64,000 bases of DNA from Octopus sinensis. Its lineage: Eukaryota. Made by a program: the position numbers and the translations under genes. Positions 25,896-37,937 of the stretch are shown here, piece by piece (the first letter of the stretch is position 1; each line of letters starts with the position of its first letter). The notes beneath the pieces were generated by a model. It made no database searches. It was not told where the DNA came from and worked only from the letters and a program-made list of their open reading frames with translations. Location of the stretch: assembly GCF_006345805.1 (NCBI RefSeq), contig NC_042998.1, forward strand, positions 10,354,001-10,418,000, given 5' to 3'.

Positions 25896-26090
25896 TGTAA
25901 CAAAATTTTATATCTTGGACATAACGTTACCCATAGTTTCGCATCCACAAAGCCAAAGCCTTGTGAACATCGCGTCAGACTCTCTATATAGAAATCTTTA
26001 TACAGGGTCTGACGAGTTGTTCACAAGGCTGTGGCTTTGGGGACGCGAAACCTTGGCTAACTCTATGTCCAAGATATAAATTTTGTTGCA
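25896..26090. repeat. Palindrome, arms about 93 bp, about 10-bp spacer
   Basis: tgtaacaaaattttatatcttggacata... versus ...tatgtccaagatataaattttgttgca; each arm contains a hammerhead copy. Confidence 0.9.
26004..26064 (+). ncRNA. Type I hammerhead ribozyme, near-canonical
   Basis: AGGGU-CUGACGA-long stem II-GAAA-CC uug GC-UA^ACUCU; core intact, 5-bp stem I, one C.C mismatch in stem III (G in the opposite arm). Confidence 0.7.
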
Positions 26091-26224
26091 ACGATTACTG
26101 CTCTATTCTTTACAGTGTGCTTTTCTGATATATATTTTTTATTAACTATATATATATATATATGCATATATGCATTATATATACATACATACATACATAC
26201 ATACATACTACATACATACATACA

Positions 26225-26258
<34 letters not shown>

Positions 26259-26263
26259 ATATA

Positions 26264-26327
<64 letters not shown>

Positions 26328-26476
26328 GGTAATAATGGAATTTTTTAGAGATTTCTGTCGCCCTGTTTTTTTTGAGTAGCGTGCGTATTGTGAAAAATTA
26401 TATGGTTATGGACAGGGTTGTCTAATTTCGGCATATTTGGCATTAGAAATCTTTTCGTTTGCCCTATTTAAAGTTG

Positions 26477-26516
<40 letters not shown>

Positions 26517-26593
26517 AGAAGAAAATGGATAGAATAACAATGGGACACTCGAGGTTTACGCTGGTATGTCTTATATTAAATAGGTAATATGAC

Positions 26594-27048
26594 TTGGCAA
26601 CAGTAAAGTATAATTTATGGTGTCTGATGATGACATTGTCACAACGATGCCTGTCTGTCTGTCTGTCTGTCTGTATGTATCTATCTATCTATCAATCTAT
26701 CTATCTATCTATCTATCAACATAGCAACGGCAGGATATGATTTTTGAACACAAGTGGTGACACCCTTCACAACTATACCCAATCTCTCTCTCTTTCTGTT
26801 TCTCCTACTGCGAGAAATTAGATTGGCTGCCGAAGAACGATGTCCTCCGGAAGGCATTTAAAAACGCCCAGTGTTTTATGACCGTACTATTTACAAGGCT
26901 GTCAGCAGTTGAATGATGAAATAAAGATTAGAAAAGGTGTGAGAATTATAAAGGTGAATGAGATTATCCAGAATAATAGTGGTTTCAATATACGGACTCG
27001 TTCAAATATTGAACAACGAATTGATTTCTTGCACAGAGAGAAAGAGAA

Positions 27049-27081
<33 letters not shown>

Positions 27082-27149
27082 AAGAGAGAGAGAGAGACGT
27101 CGTTGTGACAATGTTATCATCGGACACCATAAATTATATTCTACTGTTG

Positions 27150-27153
<4 letters not shown>
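26594..27153. repeat. 56-bp inverted repeat pair enclosing about 450 bp
   Basis: 26594-26649 versus the reverse complement of 27098-27153: 5 differences in 56 bp. Confidence 0.85.
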
Positions 27154-27189
<36 letters not shown>

Positions 27190-27314
27190 CTTAAGTTTTT
27201 CATTGTATGATTTGCCTAATAGTGGTTTTATCTCTAATTTAATATAATATACATACATGTATATATATACATATATATACATATATACATATATATACAT
27301 ACATACATATATAT

Positions 27315-27648
27315 GCATGGCTCAGTGGTTAGAGCGTCGAGCTTACGATCGTGAGGTTGTGAGCTCGAATCCCGGACCGGGCTGCGTGTTGTGTTCTTGA
27401 GCAAGGCACTTTATTTCACGTTGCTCCAGTTCACTCAGCTGTAGAAATGAGTTGCGACGTCACTGGTGCCAAGCTGTATCGACCCCTTTGTTTCCTTTGG
27501 ATAACACTGGTGGCGTGGAGAGGGGAGGCTGGTATGCATGGGCGACTGCTGGTCTTCCATAAACAACCGTGCCCGGACTTGTGTCTAGGAGGGTAACTTT
27601 CTAGGTGCAATCCCATGGTCATTCATGACCGAAGGGGGTCTTTACCCT
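27315..27648 (+). mobile_element. tRNA-derived SINE family C (CORE-like middle)
   Basis: tggctcagtggttagagcg...gagctcgaatccc...ttcttgagcaaggcactttatttcacgttgctccag. Confidence 0.8.
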
Positions 27649-27673
27649 ATATATATATATATATATAATATAT

Positions 27674-27715
<42 letters not shown>

Positions 27716-27822
27716 TATATATTATATATATATATCTGTAAATATAATATGTGACAATTTACAGATAAATTCCTCTATTGACATAATATCGAGGTCTCTT
27801 TAATTCTTTTGTTGTCTTACCT

Positions 27823-28146
27823 GTGAAGGCACGTGGCTTAGTGGTTAGGGGTATTCAGCTCCTGATCGTAAGGTCATGAGTTCAATTCCTGGCTATGTGT
27901 TGTGTCCTTGAGCAAGACACTTTATTTCACGTTGCTCCAGTCCACTCAGCTGGCAAAAATGAGACGTACCTGTATTTCAAAGGGCCAGCCTCGTCACACT
28001 CTGTGTCACGCTGAATCTCCCCGAGAACTACGTTAAGGGTACACGTGTCTGTGGAATGCTCAGCCACTTGCACGTTAATTTCATGAGCAAGCTGTTCCGT
28101 TGATCGTATCAGCTGGGACCCTCATCGTCGCAACCGACGGAGTGCT
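27823..28146 (+). mobile_element. Chimeric SINE: family C-type head and middle with family B tail
   Basis: gtccttgagcaagacactttatttcacg followed by acctgtatttcaaagggcc...cgacggagtgct. Confidence 0.8.
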
Positions 28147-28228
28147 CTCTCTCTCTCTCTCCCTCCCTCTCTCTCTCTCTCTATATATATATATGTGTGT
28201 GTTTATATATATATATATATATATAAAA

Positions 28229-28606
28229 GGCGCAGGAGTGGCTGTGTGGTAAGTAGCTTGTTTACCAACCACATGGTTCCGGGTTCAGTCCCACTGCGTG
28301 GCACCTTGGGCAAGTGTCTTCTACTATAGCCTCGGGCCGACCAAAGCCTTGTGAGTGGATTTGGTAGATGGAAACTGAAAGAAGCCCGTCGTATATATGT
28401 ATATATATATATGCATGTGTGTGTTTGTGTGTCTGTGTTTGTCCAACATTGCTTGACAACCGATGCTGGTGTGTTTATGTCCCCGTCACTTAGCGGTTGG
28501 GCAAAAGAGACCGATAGAATAAGTCCCGGGGTTGAGTTGCTCGATTAAAGGCGGTGCTCCAGTATGGCCGCAGTCAAATGACTGAAACAAGTAAAAAAGT
28601 AAAAGA
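28229..28606 (+). mobile_element. SINE family A
   Basis: Full-length with a small internal deletion. Confidence 0.9.
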
Positions 28607-28626
28607 TATATATATATATATATATA

Positions 28627-29902
28627 TATATGCTTCATTCCAGAAGTTTTCAGACTTTTTTTTAAGGGAAACAGTTTTAACTGTCCTATATTATTGCAAT
28701 ATTAGTATGTCATTACTATACATCGAATAAACTGACCTGCTAACTTATGTTACTCCAAATTAAAGGGGATGACTGTAACTGCACTTTGGACACATCCTGC
28801 CAAACACTGCTTGTCACAAATGGCTAGTTAGCAGTACGCAGTCGCGGCCTGAAGACACTTTGGAAGCTCGCTATGCAATAAAGTTCTGTGTTAAACTGAG
28901 CAAAGACGATACAGAAACTTATGAAATACTCTTGTCTTATGAAGAAAGACTGGAGACGCTCGACCTTTATTCTCTAGAAAAACGATGACGCCGTGGAGAT
29001 CTCATTCTTGCTCACAACATCATAATCGGAAAGTGTAACCTCTCAAAAGAGCTGTTCTTCACTCCTGCTCCAGAGCGTCGGCTGCGGGGTCACTCTGAAA
29101 ATCTCTATCTGCGACGATTTCATCTCAATCGAAGGAGAGGGGCTTTCTCCGTTCGGGTTGTGGATCCGTGGAATAAGCTGCCGTACGAGATAGTGAAGAT
29201 GCCGACGACCGCTCGGTTCAAAGTCTCTCTTGACCAGAAATGGCCTGAACTCCTTACATGAACACCACCCTGTACTTAACTCCATGTCCCCTTACATGGC
29301 CTTGCTTTTTGCTTTTTGAGCCAAAAAATTAACTAACTAACTAACTAACTTTGTATGCGCCAAGCATCTGTTTTCCGCAGACACAAGAGGCTAGGTAAAG
29401 CAAACCCACCGGGAAGCACATGATGATCCCCATTTTCAACAGTAAGGGTATCATCTACATGCTCTGGGCTCCTTCTGGCCAAAGGGTTAACAAAGAGTAT
29501 TTTATGGCAGTTTTGAAGGAGTTCAGAAAGAGATTCCGTTGCGAAAGGCCAGAGTACTTGCAGCAGGTCAATGCATCAGTTTACAATTCCAGACTGGTAA
29601 GTAACTACTCGACAGAGATGGGCATCAAAATTATTCTTCACCCTTGCTAAAGTCCAGGATTTGCTCCCTATGATTTTTGGTTGTTCCCCAATCTTAAGGA
29701 AAGATGAAGGATGCTGTGATAAAGGAGGTTACCTTGTCTTTGGAGGACTTCCATGGAGCCTCCAAGAAATGGCTACGGCACTACCTCAAGTGCATTGGAA
29801 TCAAAGACTCCTACTTTGAAGGAGGTTAGAAATTTGCACTTCTTTGAAATTAACAAAAACCTCTCCTGAAAATGTATCAAAACTTCTGGAATGCAGTTTG
29901 TA
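28627..29902 (+). mobile_element. Mariner-like transposon, internally deleted, with TIRs
   Basis: ARYAIKFCVKL..ETYEIL; MMIP.F.SKGII..W.PSGQ.VNKEY; FAPYDFWLFP.LK; inverted ends share cattccagaagtttt (about 28636-28650 and 29879-29893). Confidence 0.85.
28932..29350 (+). mobile_element. CR1-type LINE 3' fragment (subfamily C), nested in a mariner
   Basis: Highly similar to 23587-23987, same (TAAC)n tail. Confidence 0.9.
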
Positions 29903-29928
29903 TCAATATCGTTGAAATCTTAACTGTT

Positions 29929-30296
29929 CTCTTTACTCTCTTTTACTTGTTTCAGTCATTTGACTGCGGCCATGCTGGAGCACCACCTTTAGTCGAGCAA
30001 ATCGACCCCGGTCTCTTTTGCCGAACCGCTAAGTGACGGGGACGTAAACACACCAGCATCGGTTGTCAAGACAAACACAGAAACACATACACACACACAT
30101 ACACACACACATACACGCATATATATATACATATATACGACAGGCTTCTTTCAGTTTCCGTCTACCAAATCCACTCACAAGGCTTTGGTCGGCCCGAGGC
30201 TATAGCAGAAGACACTTGCCCAAGATGCCACGCAGTGGGACTGAACCCGGAACTATGTGGTTGGTTAGCAAGCTACTTACCACACAGCCACTCCTG
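29929..30296 (-). mobile_element. SINE family A
   Basis: Match to the other copies. Confidence 0.9.
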
Positions 30297-30699
30297 TTGC
30301 TTATTTTCTTCCCCCTTTTGTAGCTACTTGGTTTTCTATAAACATTCCACCGACGTCAATACCGACCGAAGGCAAAAGCGATGACGATCCCTCCTTTTGT
30401 TTAAGAATCGTTTATCTGAAGCATCATTGTTGAGTGCTGTCATAGTGTCATAAATTTTATACGACAGTTCATAGTTTAAGGGGAATTTGGTCCCGTTTGC
30501 TGATAAGTTAAGCAATAACGTAGAGGTATATAATTTAGTTTTGGTGTGAGATGATTTACGTGATTCATTTACTGTTAGATACTTGCTACAATGCATTATA
30601 CAATCAATACGTGTGTATTATAGCGAGAAGAAAACTTCCATTAACTCTTAATATCCATGTAGTTAGGAAATGAGATTCACTGTAAAGGGGCATAAAAAA

Positions 30700-31118
30700 G
30701 GCGGCGAAATGGCAGAAACGTTAGCACGCCGGGCAAAATGCTTAGCGGTATTTCGTCTGCGTTACGTTGTGAGTTCAAATTCCGCCGAGGTCGACTTTGC
30801 CTTTCATCCTCTCGGGGTCGATAAATTAAGTACCAGTTACGCACTGGGGTCGATGTAATCGACTTAATACCTATGTCTGTCCTTGTTTGTCCTCTCTGTG
30901 TTTAGCCCCTTGTGGGTAATAAAGAAATAGGTATTTCGTCTCCCGTTACGTTCTGAGTTCAAATTCCGCCGAGGTCGACTTTGCCTTTCATCCTTTCGGG
31001 GTCGATAAATTAAGTACCAGTTATGCACTGGGGTCGATGTAATCGACTTAATACCTATGTCTGTCCTTGTTTGTCTTCTCTGTGTTTAGCCTCTTGTGGG
31101 TAATAAAGAAATAGGTAC
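30700..31118 (+). mobile_element. SINE family D, tandem dimer of 183/184-bp units
   Basis: Units 30748-30930 and 30931-31114. Confidence 0.9.
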
Positions 31119-31514
31119 TTAAAAAAATATATAAACGAAGGGGGATAACTCTGACGAGGTCCGTTGATGTTTTTAGACAATAGTATAAACAATTGTAGAT
31201 TGGAACGAGTCTGGTCTCCAAAGCCGACCGAGGAAAGCAGATGTTTCGGTTTCATTAGACTTCCTCAGCAAATTATTTTCTACTCTTCTGGCAGTGCTAA
31301 AGAGTTATCAGTATATACAGAAACAGATGCAGATATAACGACGCTGATTATGAATATCACTTCACTATTGTATGATTCGACAAATAACACCAAACCAATC
31401 TCACTTCGCCGATTGTTTCAGTCCAGGTCGTGACAGCCTTCGTGTTTTATCGAATCTGTTTCCTTTAAAATTATTTCTTAAAGTTGAAGTATTTAATAAA
31501 TATTTTATCTTCAA

Positions 31515-31910
31515 CTAGCAGTATCGCCCGGCGTTGCTCGGGTTTGTAAGGGAAATAACTATATAAGCATTTTTAGAGAGTTATCAGCCAAAAAATAGCA
31601 AAAAAATGATTAAAAATGGAAAAAAAAATGATGGTAAATTTTTTTTAATCGTTGACTCATCGTAGACATTTTTAAAGAGTACTTCCCTTATATAATAGCG
31701 AAAAATGCATTAAAAATAGGAAAAAAATGATGGTAAATTTTTTTTTAAATCGTAGACTCATTGTAGAGCGCGCTAATACCCAGAAGGGCTCGATATGAAT
31801 CACGACTATAAGATACCCGGTTTTGGTTAAACTGCACCGCAAAATATGGAAGTAGTTAGGAATCTAAATCGTAGGAGACAGACACACAACTTCACTTTTA
31901 TATATAAAGA
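31515..31910 (-). mobile_element. Non-autonomous Helitron
   Basis: A|TC ... CTAG|T termini. Confidence 0.88.
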
Positions 31911-32374
31911 TATCTTGTTTTGTTTAGTGGGAGCCATTAATTTCCCATTTCTATAAGACTCCTATATTTGATATTCCTATAATTCAAATACCAAGGCCAT
32001 GCATATTTATTTATCGCATGAAGTAATGAGATGAATTACCTCTTCGTTTGATGATCAGTGGCAGCTATTAACGAGTAATTAACAGTTAAAACACCCAAGA
32101 GGACTAAGTAGTTGTGTTAAATAGGACAACGGATTAAATCTACCATCCAAGAACAGGAAACATCTCTCCTACAGACTTCCACACCTGAAACTAAGTATTA
32201 AATTCTTGCCCAAGGGGATGTAGTAGATTCGAACCTGAACTTGAAAATGAAAAAAATACTTCCATATGAGACATTTGTGTTATTTTCTCAAGAAATATCG
32301 ACCAAGTTGCTCCAATATATAATTGCTATATAATTGTTTTTTTTATTAGGGATATCACTTCTCGTATTTTAGTA

Positions 32375-32700
32375 TATAATAATAATAATAATGAAATTAT
32401 TGTATACAGTGCTCAGGTACACCACAACTTGTCAGAAAGTGCATATAAAGTACATGCAGTAATGTAAAAGTTTGGGAAGCGAGCGAACCATGTATGAGTC
32501 AGATACATGCTTGTGTGTGTTATGGAGAGGAGAAAATCAGGTGTAGTGTTGAATCGAAAGAAAAGCATGGAAGTTTTTGAAGGATGCAGTGCTCCGACAA
32601 CTAACAACTGATGCCGGCAGTTCTGTTCCACGCTTCAGCAACTCTCAGCGTGAAAAATGTTTCCTGAAGTCAGGGGAGCTGTGCCTGTTTTCTGACTTGT
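32375..32700 (-). mobile_element. CR1-type LINE 3' fragment (subfamily B)
   Basis: Reverse complement of the 20680-20960 type. Confidence 0.8.
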
Positions 32701-32974
32701 TAAATTGTCCACGGGTGTTAGATGGGTGAACTTTCGTATTTTGTTCGTCCTCTTATGGTTATTAATCAAATGTCTCTTCTTTCTACTAACCCTCATCATT
32801 TCATTGTTGTTCCTTGCGAGAAGAGTTCTAGTTTGATAGTTTCCTTCCTTCGAACATTTTACATAACCCGCCATCTTAATTCTAAATCTTTTAAATCTCA
32901 TGTTGATAGTTTTATGGGTTTTAAGACCTGAATCTTAGTGGAGGGAGCTAGTAGATGACATCGACTCCATTGCT

Positions 32975-33552
32975 TAACTGGTACTTGTTTGTCCTTGAAA
33001 GAATAAAAGGCAAAGTCGATCTCAGCAGAATTTGAACCGAAGACGTAAAGCTAGAAGAAATGCCATTACGTATTTTGTTCGGCGTCCTATCGATTCTGTT
33101 GGCTCACCGCCTTTCACTTCCAGTTAATAATTCTTTCTAATTTTGTTACAGGCCAGCAATTTTGAGGGTTGAGGAAGCCTGTTACATCGACCCTAGTGTT
33201 CAACTGGTACTTATTTTATCAAACCCAAAAGGAAGAAAGGCAATGTCGACTTTTGTGGAATGTGAGCTCCGAACAAGAAGAAATGCTGTTATACACTTTG
33301 TCCAGCGTGCTAACGATTCTTATTTCTTTATTGCCCACAAGGGGCTAAACACAGAAGGGACAAACAAGGACAGACAAACGGATTAAGTCGACTATATCGA
33401 CCCCAGTGCGTAACTGGTACTTATTTAATCGACCCCGAAAGGATGAAAGGCAAAGTCGACCTCGGCGGAATTTGAACTCAGAACGTAGGGGCAGACGACA
33501 TACCGCTAGGCATTTCACCCGGCGTGCTAACGACTCTGCCAGTCTATTGCCT
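32975..33552 (-). mobile_element. Cluster of family D SINEs (two diverged, one well conserved at 33322-33552)
   Basis: Repeated aaaggcaaagtcgacc..ggcggaatttgaac motif. Confidence 0.75.
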
Positions 33553-33700
33553 TCTTTCCAGCTAATAAAAATATTGAAATCACATGGCTGGTTTTTCTCA
33601 GAGTAGAACTGAAAAGGTACTTTCAGCCTACTTATCTTTCAAAGGTTATTTGTATCCTTAAGGGTCTCTGGTCTGAGGGAAACAAATATCATGATGTACT

Positions 33701-34025
33701 GTGAAGGCGTGTGACCAAATGGTTAGGGAATTTGACTCACGATTTTAAGGTTGTGAGTTCGAAATGTGGTTGTGCCTTGTGTCCTTGAACAAGACACTTT
33801 ATTTCATATTGCTCCAGTCAACAAAGTTACTAAAAATTATTTGCACCTGTATTTCAAAGGACCAGCCTTGTCACATTCTGTGTCACGCTTAATCTCCCCA
33901 GAAAATTACATTAAGGGTACGCATGCTTGTGGAGTGCTCAGCCAATTGCCTGTTAATTTCACGAGAGGAGGCTGTTCCGTTAATCGGATCAACCTGAAAA
34001 CACACCGTCATATCCGACTGAGCGC
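33701..34025 (+). mobile_element. Diverged chimeric C/B SINE
   Basis: Same layout as 27823-28146. Confidence 0.7.
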
Positions 34026-34231
34026 CAATTTATCATGAGGTGCTCATTCTATTGATTCATGGTCCTTCTCTTCTTTTACCAACTCATCAGTGCCGAAGGC
34101 CTTGCAAGAGGTTACGGATGCCAGCTTTACTCCTATCGCCAAATAAAAAAAAAATGTCACATGATTGAAATTCTCTGTAACATCAGTTAAGAATCGAAAC
34201 CGGGTCTTAAATAAAATTTAGGTGGGATGGA

Positions 34232-34615
34232 TGGAAGCACTCCGTCGGTTTCGACGACGAGGGTTCCGGTTGATCCGAATCAACGGAATAGCCTGCTCGT
34301 GAAATTAACGTGTAAGGGGCTGAGCACTCCACAGACACGTGTACCCTTAACGTAGTTCTCGGGGATATTCAGCGTGACACAGAGAGTGACAAGGCCGGCC
34401 CTTTGAAATACAGGTACAACAGAAACAGGAAGTAAGAGTGAGAGAAAGTTGTGGGGAAAGAGTACAGCAGGGATCACCACCATCCCTGCCAGAGCCTCGG
34501 GGAGCTTTAGGTGTTTTCGCTCAATAAACACTCACAACGCCCGGTCTGGGAATCGAAACCGCGATCCTATGACCGCGAGTCCGCTGCCCTAACCACTGGG
34601 CCATTGCGCCTCCAC
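34232..34615 (-). mobile_element. SINE family B
   Basis: Near-identical layout to 19297-19686. Confidence 0.88.
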
Positions 34616-35109
34616 TTTAGGTGGCATATTAATCACGCCTACTGACTGTTTATGAATGTGGGAATCAACCTGAAAGAACCTCATTTTGAACGTTATTTCT
34701 TTGTGAAGTGGATAGCAACATAATTGACAAATTTGAGAGGACTGTCAAGGATTACTAGGAATATAAACATCGCAAGATAAACATGACTCTTAGGCGTGAA
34801 TAGATAACATTTCCAATGTGGGAACGATATCTATTTTTGCCGATTAAGTTCGGTTTTTTTTTGTAAAGAGGATGAGTCAGACATGTGCATGTAGGGCTCT
34901 CTCTCTCTCTGTCTGTCACTCTCTCTGGTTCTCTGTCACACACACACACACACTCTCTCTCTTAAATCTACTTGTCTGCGAATACTTGTGTGTATGCGTG
35001 CGCGCGCGTGCGAGAGAGGGAGAGAGAGAGAGAAAGAGAGAGAGAGAGACAGATTTAAAAGGTAGAAGTATATGCATATATATATGTAAGTATGTATGTA
35101 TAAGTATTA

Positions 35110-35157
<48 letters not shown>

Positions 35158-35355
35158 TATACACATACAGATACATACATGCATATATGCACACACGCAT
35201 ATATATATATAGATACGTGTATATACCCATATATGTGTGGTATATATGTGTGTGCATGTATATGTGTATATAATATATATATATATGTACATATATTATA
35301 TATTATATTATGTATTATGTATATATATATGTATATATTATATATTATGTATGTA

Positions 35356-35405
<50 letters not shown>

Positions 35406-35478
35406 ATGTTGTGTCTGCATATACATGCATGCATGCATACATACAATATGATGATGTTTGTGTATGTGTATATATAAT

Positions 35479-35520
<42 letters not shown>

Positions 35521-35563
35521 TATATATATAATCTATATATATATATATATATATATTATATAT

Positions 35564-35607
35564 GTCTGATGATAGCTTAACTGACCGAAAACTGCGAAGT
35601 CACTGTC
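35564..35607 (+). ncRNA. Hammerhead ribozyme remnant
   Basis: CUGAUGA...GACC-GAAA-ACU gcga AGU-C-ACUGUC; extra A in the GAAA run, stem II eroded, stem I 5' strand replaced by (TA)n. Confidence 0.4.
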
Positions 35608-35679
35608 AATACCATTCTTAAAGAATGTATCCTTCAACTTCAATTGTTTTTATTATAACATAAAACAACATTTTATATA

Positions 35680-35696
<17 letters not shown>

Positions 35697-35735
<39 letters not shown>

Positions 35736-36848
35736 TGTGTACAGTGCTCAGGTGCACTACAACTCATCTAAAGTGTATATATAAATATAATCAGGCGTAG
35801 TTTCGGCGGATTTCGGAAAGCATGAGGGCCTTAAAGGATGCAGTGTCATGGCAGTCAACAACTGACGCAGGCAGTTTATTCCATGCTTCAGCAACTCTGA
35901 GCGTGAAAAAATGTTTCCGAAAGTCATGGGAGCTGTGTTGTTTTCTGACTTTGTAGGCATGTCCACGTGTGTTAGACACATGGAGATCAAAAAGGTGTTC
36001 AGTGTTGTTGTTGGTGAGGTGGTTGATAACCTTGTGGGTGTTTACCAAGTCCGTCGCCAGACGCCGGAGCTTCAGTGAATCCATGCCCAGGGAAACAAGG
36101 CGTCAGAATATGGTAGGTGTCTGATGGAGGGTATGCGTTTGGTTGCACGTCTCTGGACAGATTCCAGGAGGTCAATGTTCTGAGCAAGATAGGGATTCCA
36201 AACTGATGATGCGAATTCCAAGTGTGGTCGTACCATAGCTGTATACAGTTTTAAATAGATGGCTGGAGAGCGGCTAACAAAAGTCTTGCTGAGTGATGCC
36301 AAGACACCCTCGGCTCTTGACAATTTTAGAGATATGCTTTGTCCAACGCAAATCTGCTGACAGTGATGCCTAGGTCACGCTCGCAAGAGGATTTCTTGAT
36401 ATCAGTGTTGTGGAGGGAGTATGTGGACGCAGGGTTTTTTCTCCCAAAATGCATGGTGGTACACTTGTCCACAGCCAGTTTCAGTTGCCAGTCTGTGATC
36501 CATGCTGCATTGTGTCTAGGTCTGATTGCAGGAAAGAGTTGTAGACATCAGGATCAGTCCTCTTGATTTCAAGGTACAGCTTGATGTCGTCTGCATATTT
36601 CAATACTGTGGCATTCTTTAAATTGGCATCTATGTCATTAATGTATGCCACAAAAGGAGGGGACCAAGGAAAGATCCCTGTGTACCCCGATGACATCTCA
36701 TATGGTGTAGAGTGCTGTCCTAGAACTGGGACTACCTCCTTTCGGCTGAGGATGAAGGATTTCAACCAGTTAAAAAGGTCATCCCCCACACCCATTGCAG
36801 AAAGTTTCACCATAAGCCTTTTGTGTGGCACAGAGTTGAAAGCCTATA
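35697..36848 (-). mobile_element. CR1-type LINE RT fragment (subfamily A)
   Basis: AFNSVPHKRL, YINDI, KYADDIKLY, VRPHLEFAS, LESVQRRATK; frameshifted. Confidence 0.92.
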
Positions 36849-36896
36849 TATATACACGTAGAGAGAGAAAGAGAGAGAAAGAAAGAGAGAGGGAGT

Positions 36897-36928
<32 letters not shown>

Positions 36929-37433
36929 AAGAAAGAGAAAGAGAGAGGAATGTGTAAGATAAAGAAAATTTAAAAGGAGACAACATTAGATAACATAAAA
37001 GCGAGACCGAGAAGGAATAAGAAAAAAAACTGAGGAATGAGTGATAAAAATAAATGAACGGCAGTGACTGATAAGATATCAGTTTAAAATATCTCATCAT
37101 ATTATCACAAGTAGGAAGGATATGCACTTCAGTTTTAACCGCATTATTTTCTTCTTTTAAACGTCTGAAGTTCAAGAGGATTTCAAATACTGGAGTCCAG
37201 TAAGCATTATATAGGAACAGAGTAGCCTCATTTGAAACGTCTTGGATCAAAAGTCTTTTCCATCACAGCCGATTTGCAGCTAAACAAAGCAAAATAACAA
37301 ATAAATTCGCTTTTATTGATTTCTGTTATGAAATCTGACTTCATGCCTAGTCAGTAAACAAATTCGATGAGTTTCTTGTTTTTGTGTCGTGGAGCCAACA
37401 GTATTCTGGTGATGGTCCTAATATGTTTCTTTA

Positions 37434-37826
37434 CCAGCAGTATCGCCCGGCGTTGCTCGGGTTTGTAAGGGAAATAACTATATAAGCATTTTTAGAGATG
37501 TAAAGTATAATAGCCATCTCAATATGGTTAACCACAAAGGTGGGGGGTTACTGTAGCTTTTTACGTTCTGAGATTTAATAAATTTTTAGAGAATTACTTC
37601 CCTTATATATGCCAAAAATACATTAAAAATGGGAAAAATTGATGCTAAATTTATTTTTAAATCGTAGACTCATCGTAGACGCGCGCTAATACCCAGAAGG
37701 GCTCGATATGAATCCCGACTATAAGATACCCGGTTTTGGTTAAACTGCACCGCAAAATGTGGGAGTAGTTAGGAATCTAAATCGTAGGAAACAGACAGCA
37801 TACAACCTCACTTTTATATATAAAGA
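37434..37826 (-). mobile_element. Non-autonomous Helitron
   Basis: A|TC ... CTGG|T (CTRR) termini. Confidence 0.85.
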
Positions 37827-37827
37827 T

Positions 37828-37937
37828 TACCCACAAGGGGCTAAACACAGAGGGGAGAAACAAGGACAGACAAACGGATTTAGTCGATTACATCGACCCC
37901 AGTGCGTAACTGGTACTTAATTTATCGACCCCGAAAG
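37828..37937 (-). mobile_element. Family D SINE 3' fragment
   Basis: cccacaaggggctaaacacagagg...atcgaccccgaaagg. Confidence 0.8.

Noticed and set aside
30363-30499. Possible minus-strand exon (NGTKFPLNYELSYKIYDTMTALNNDASDKRF...)
   Set aside because: Open frame and plausible acceptor, but weak donor and no recognisable homology; needs RNA-seq.
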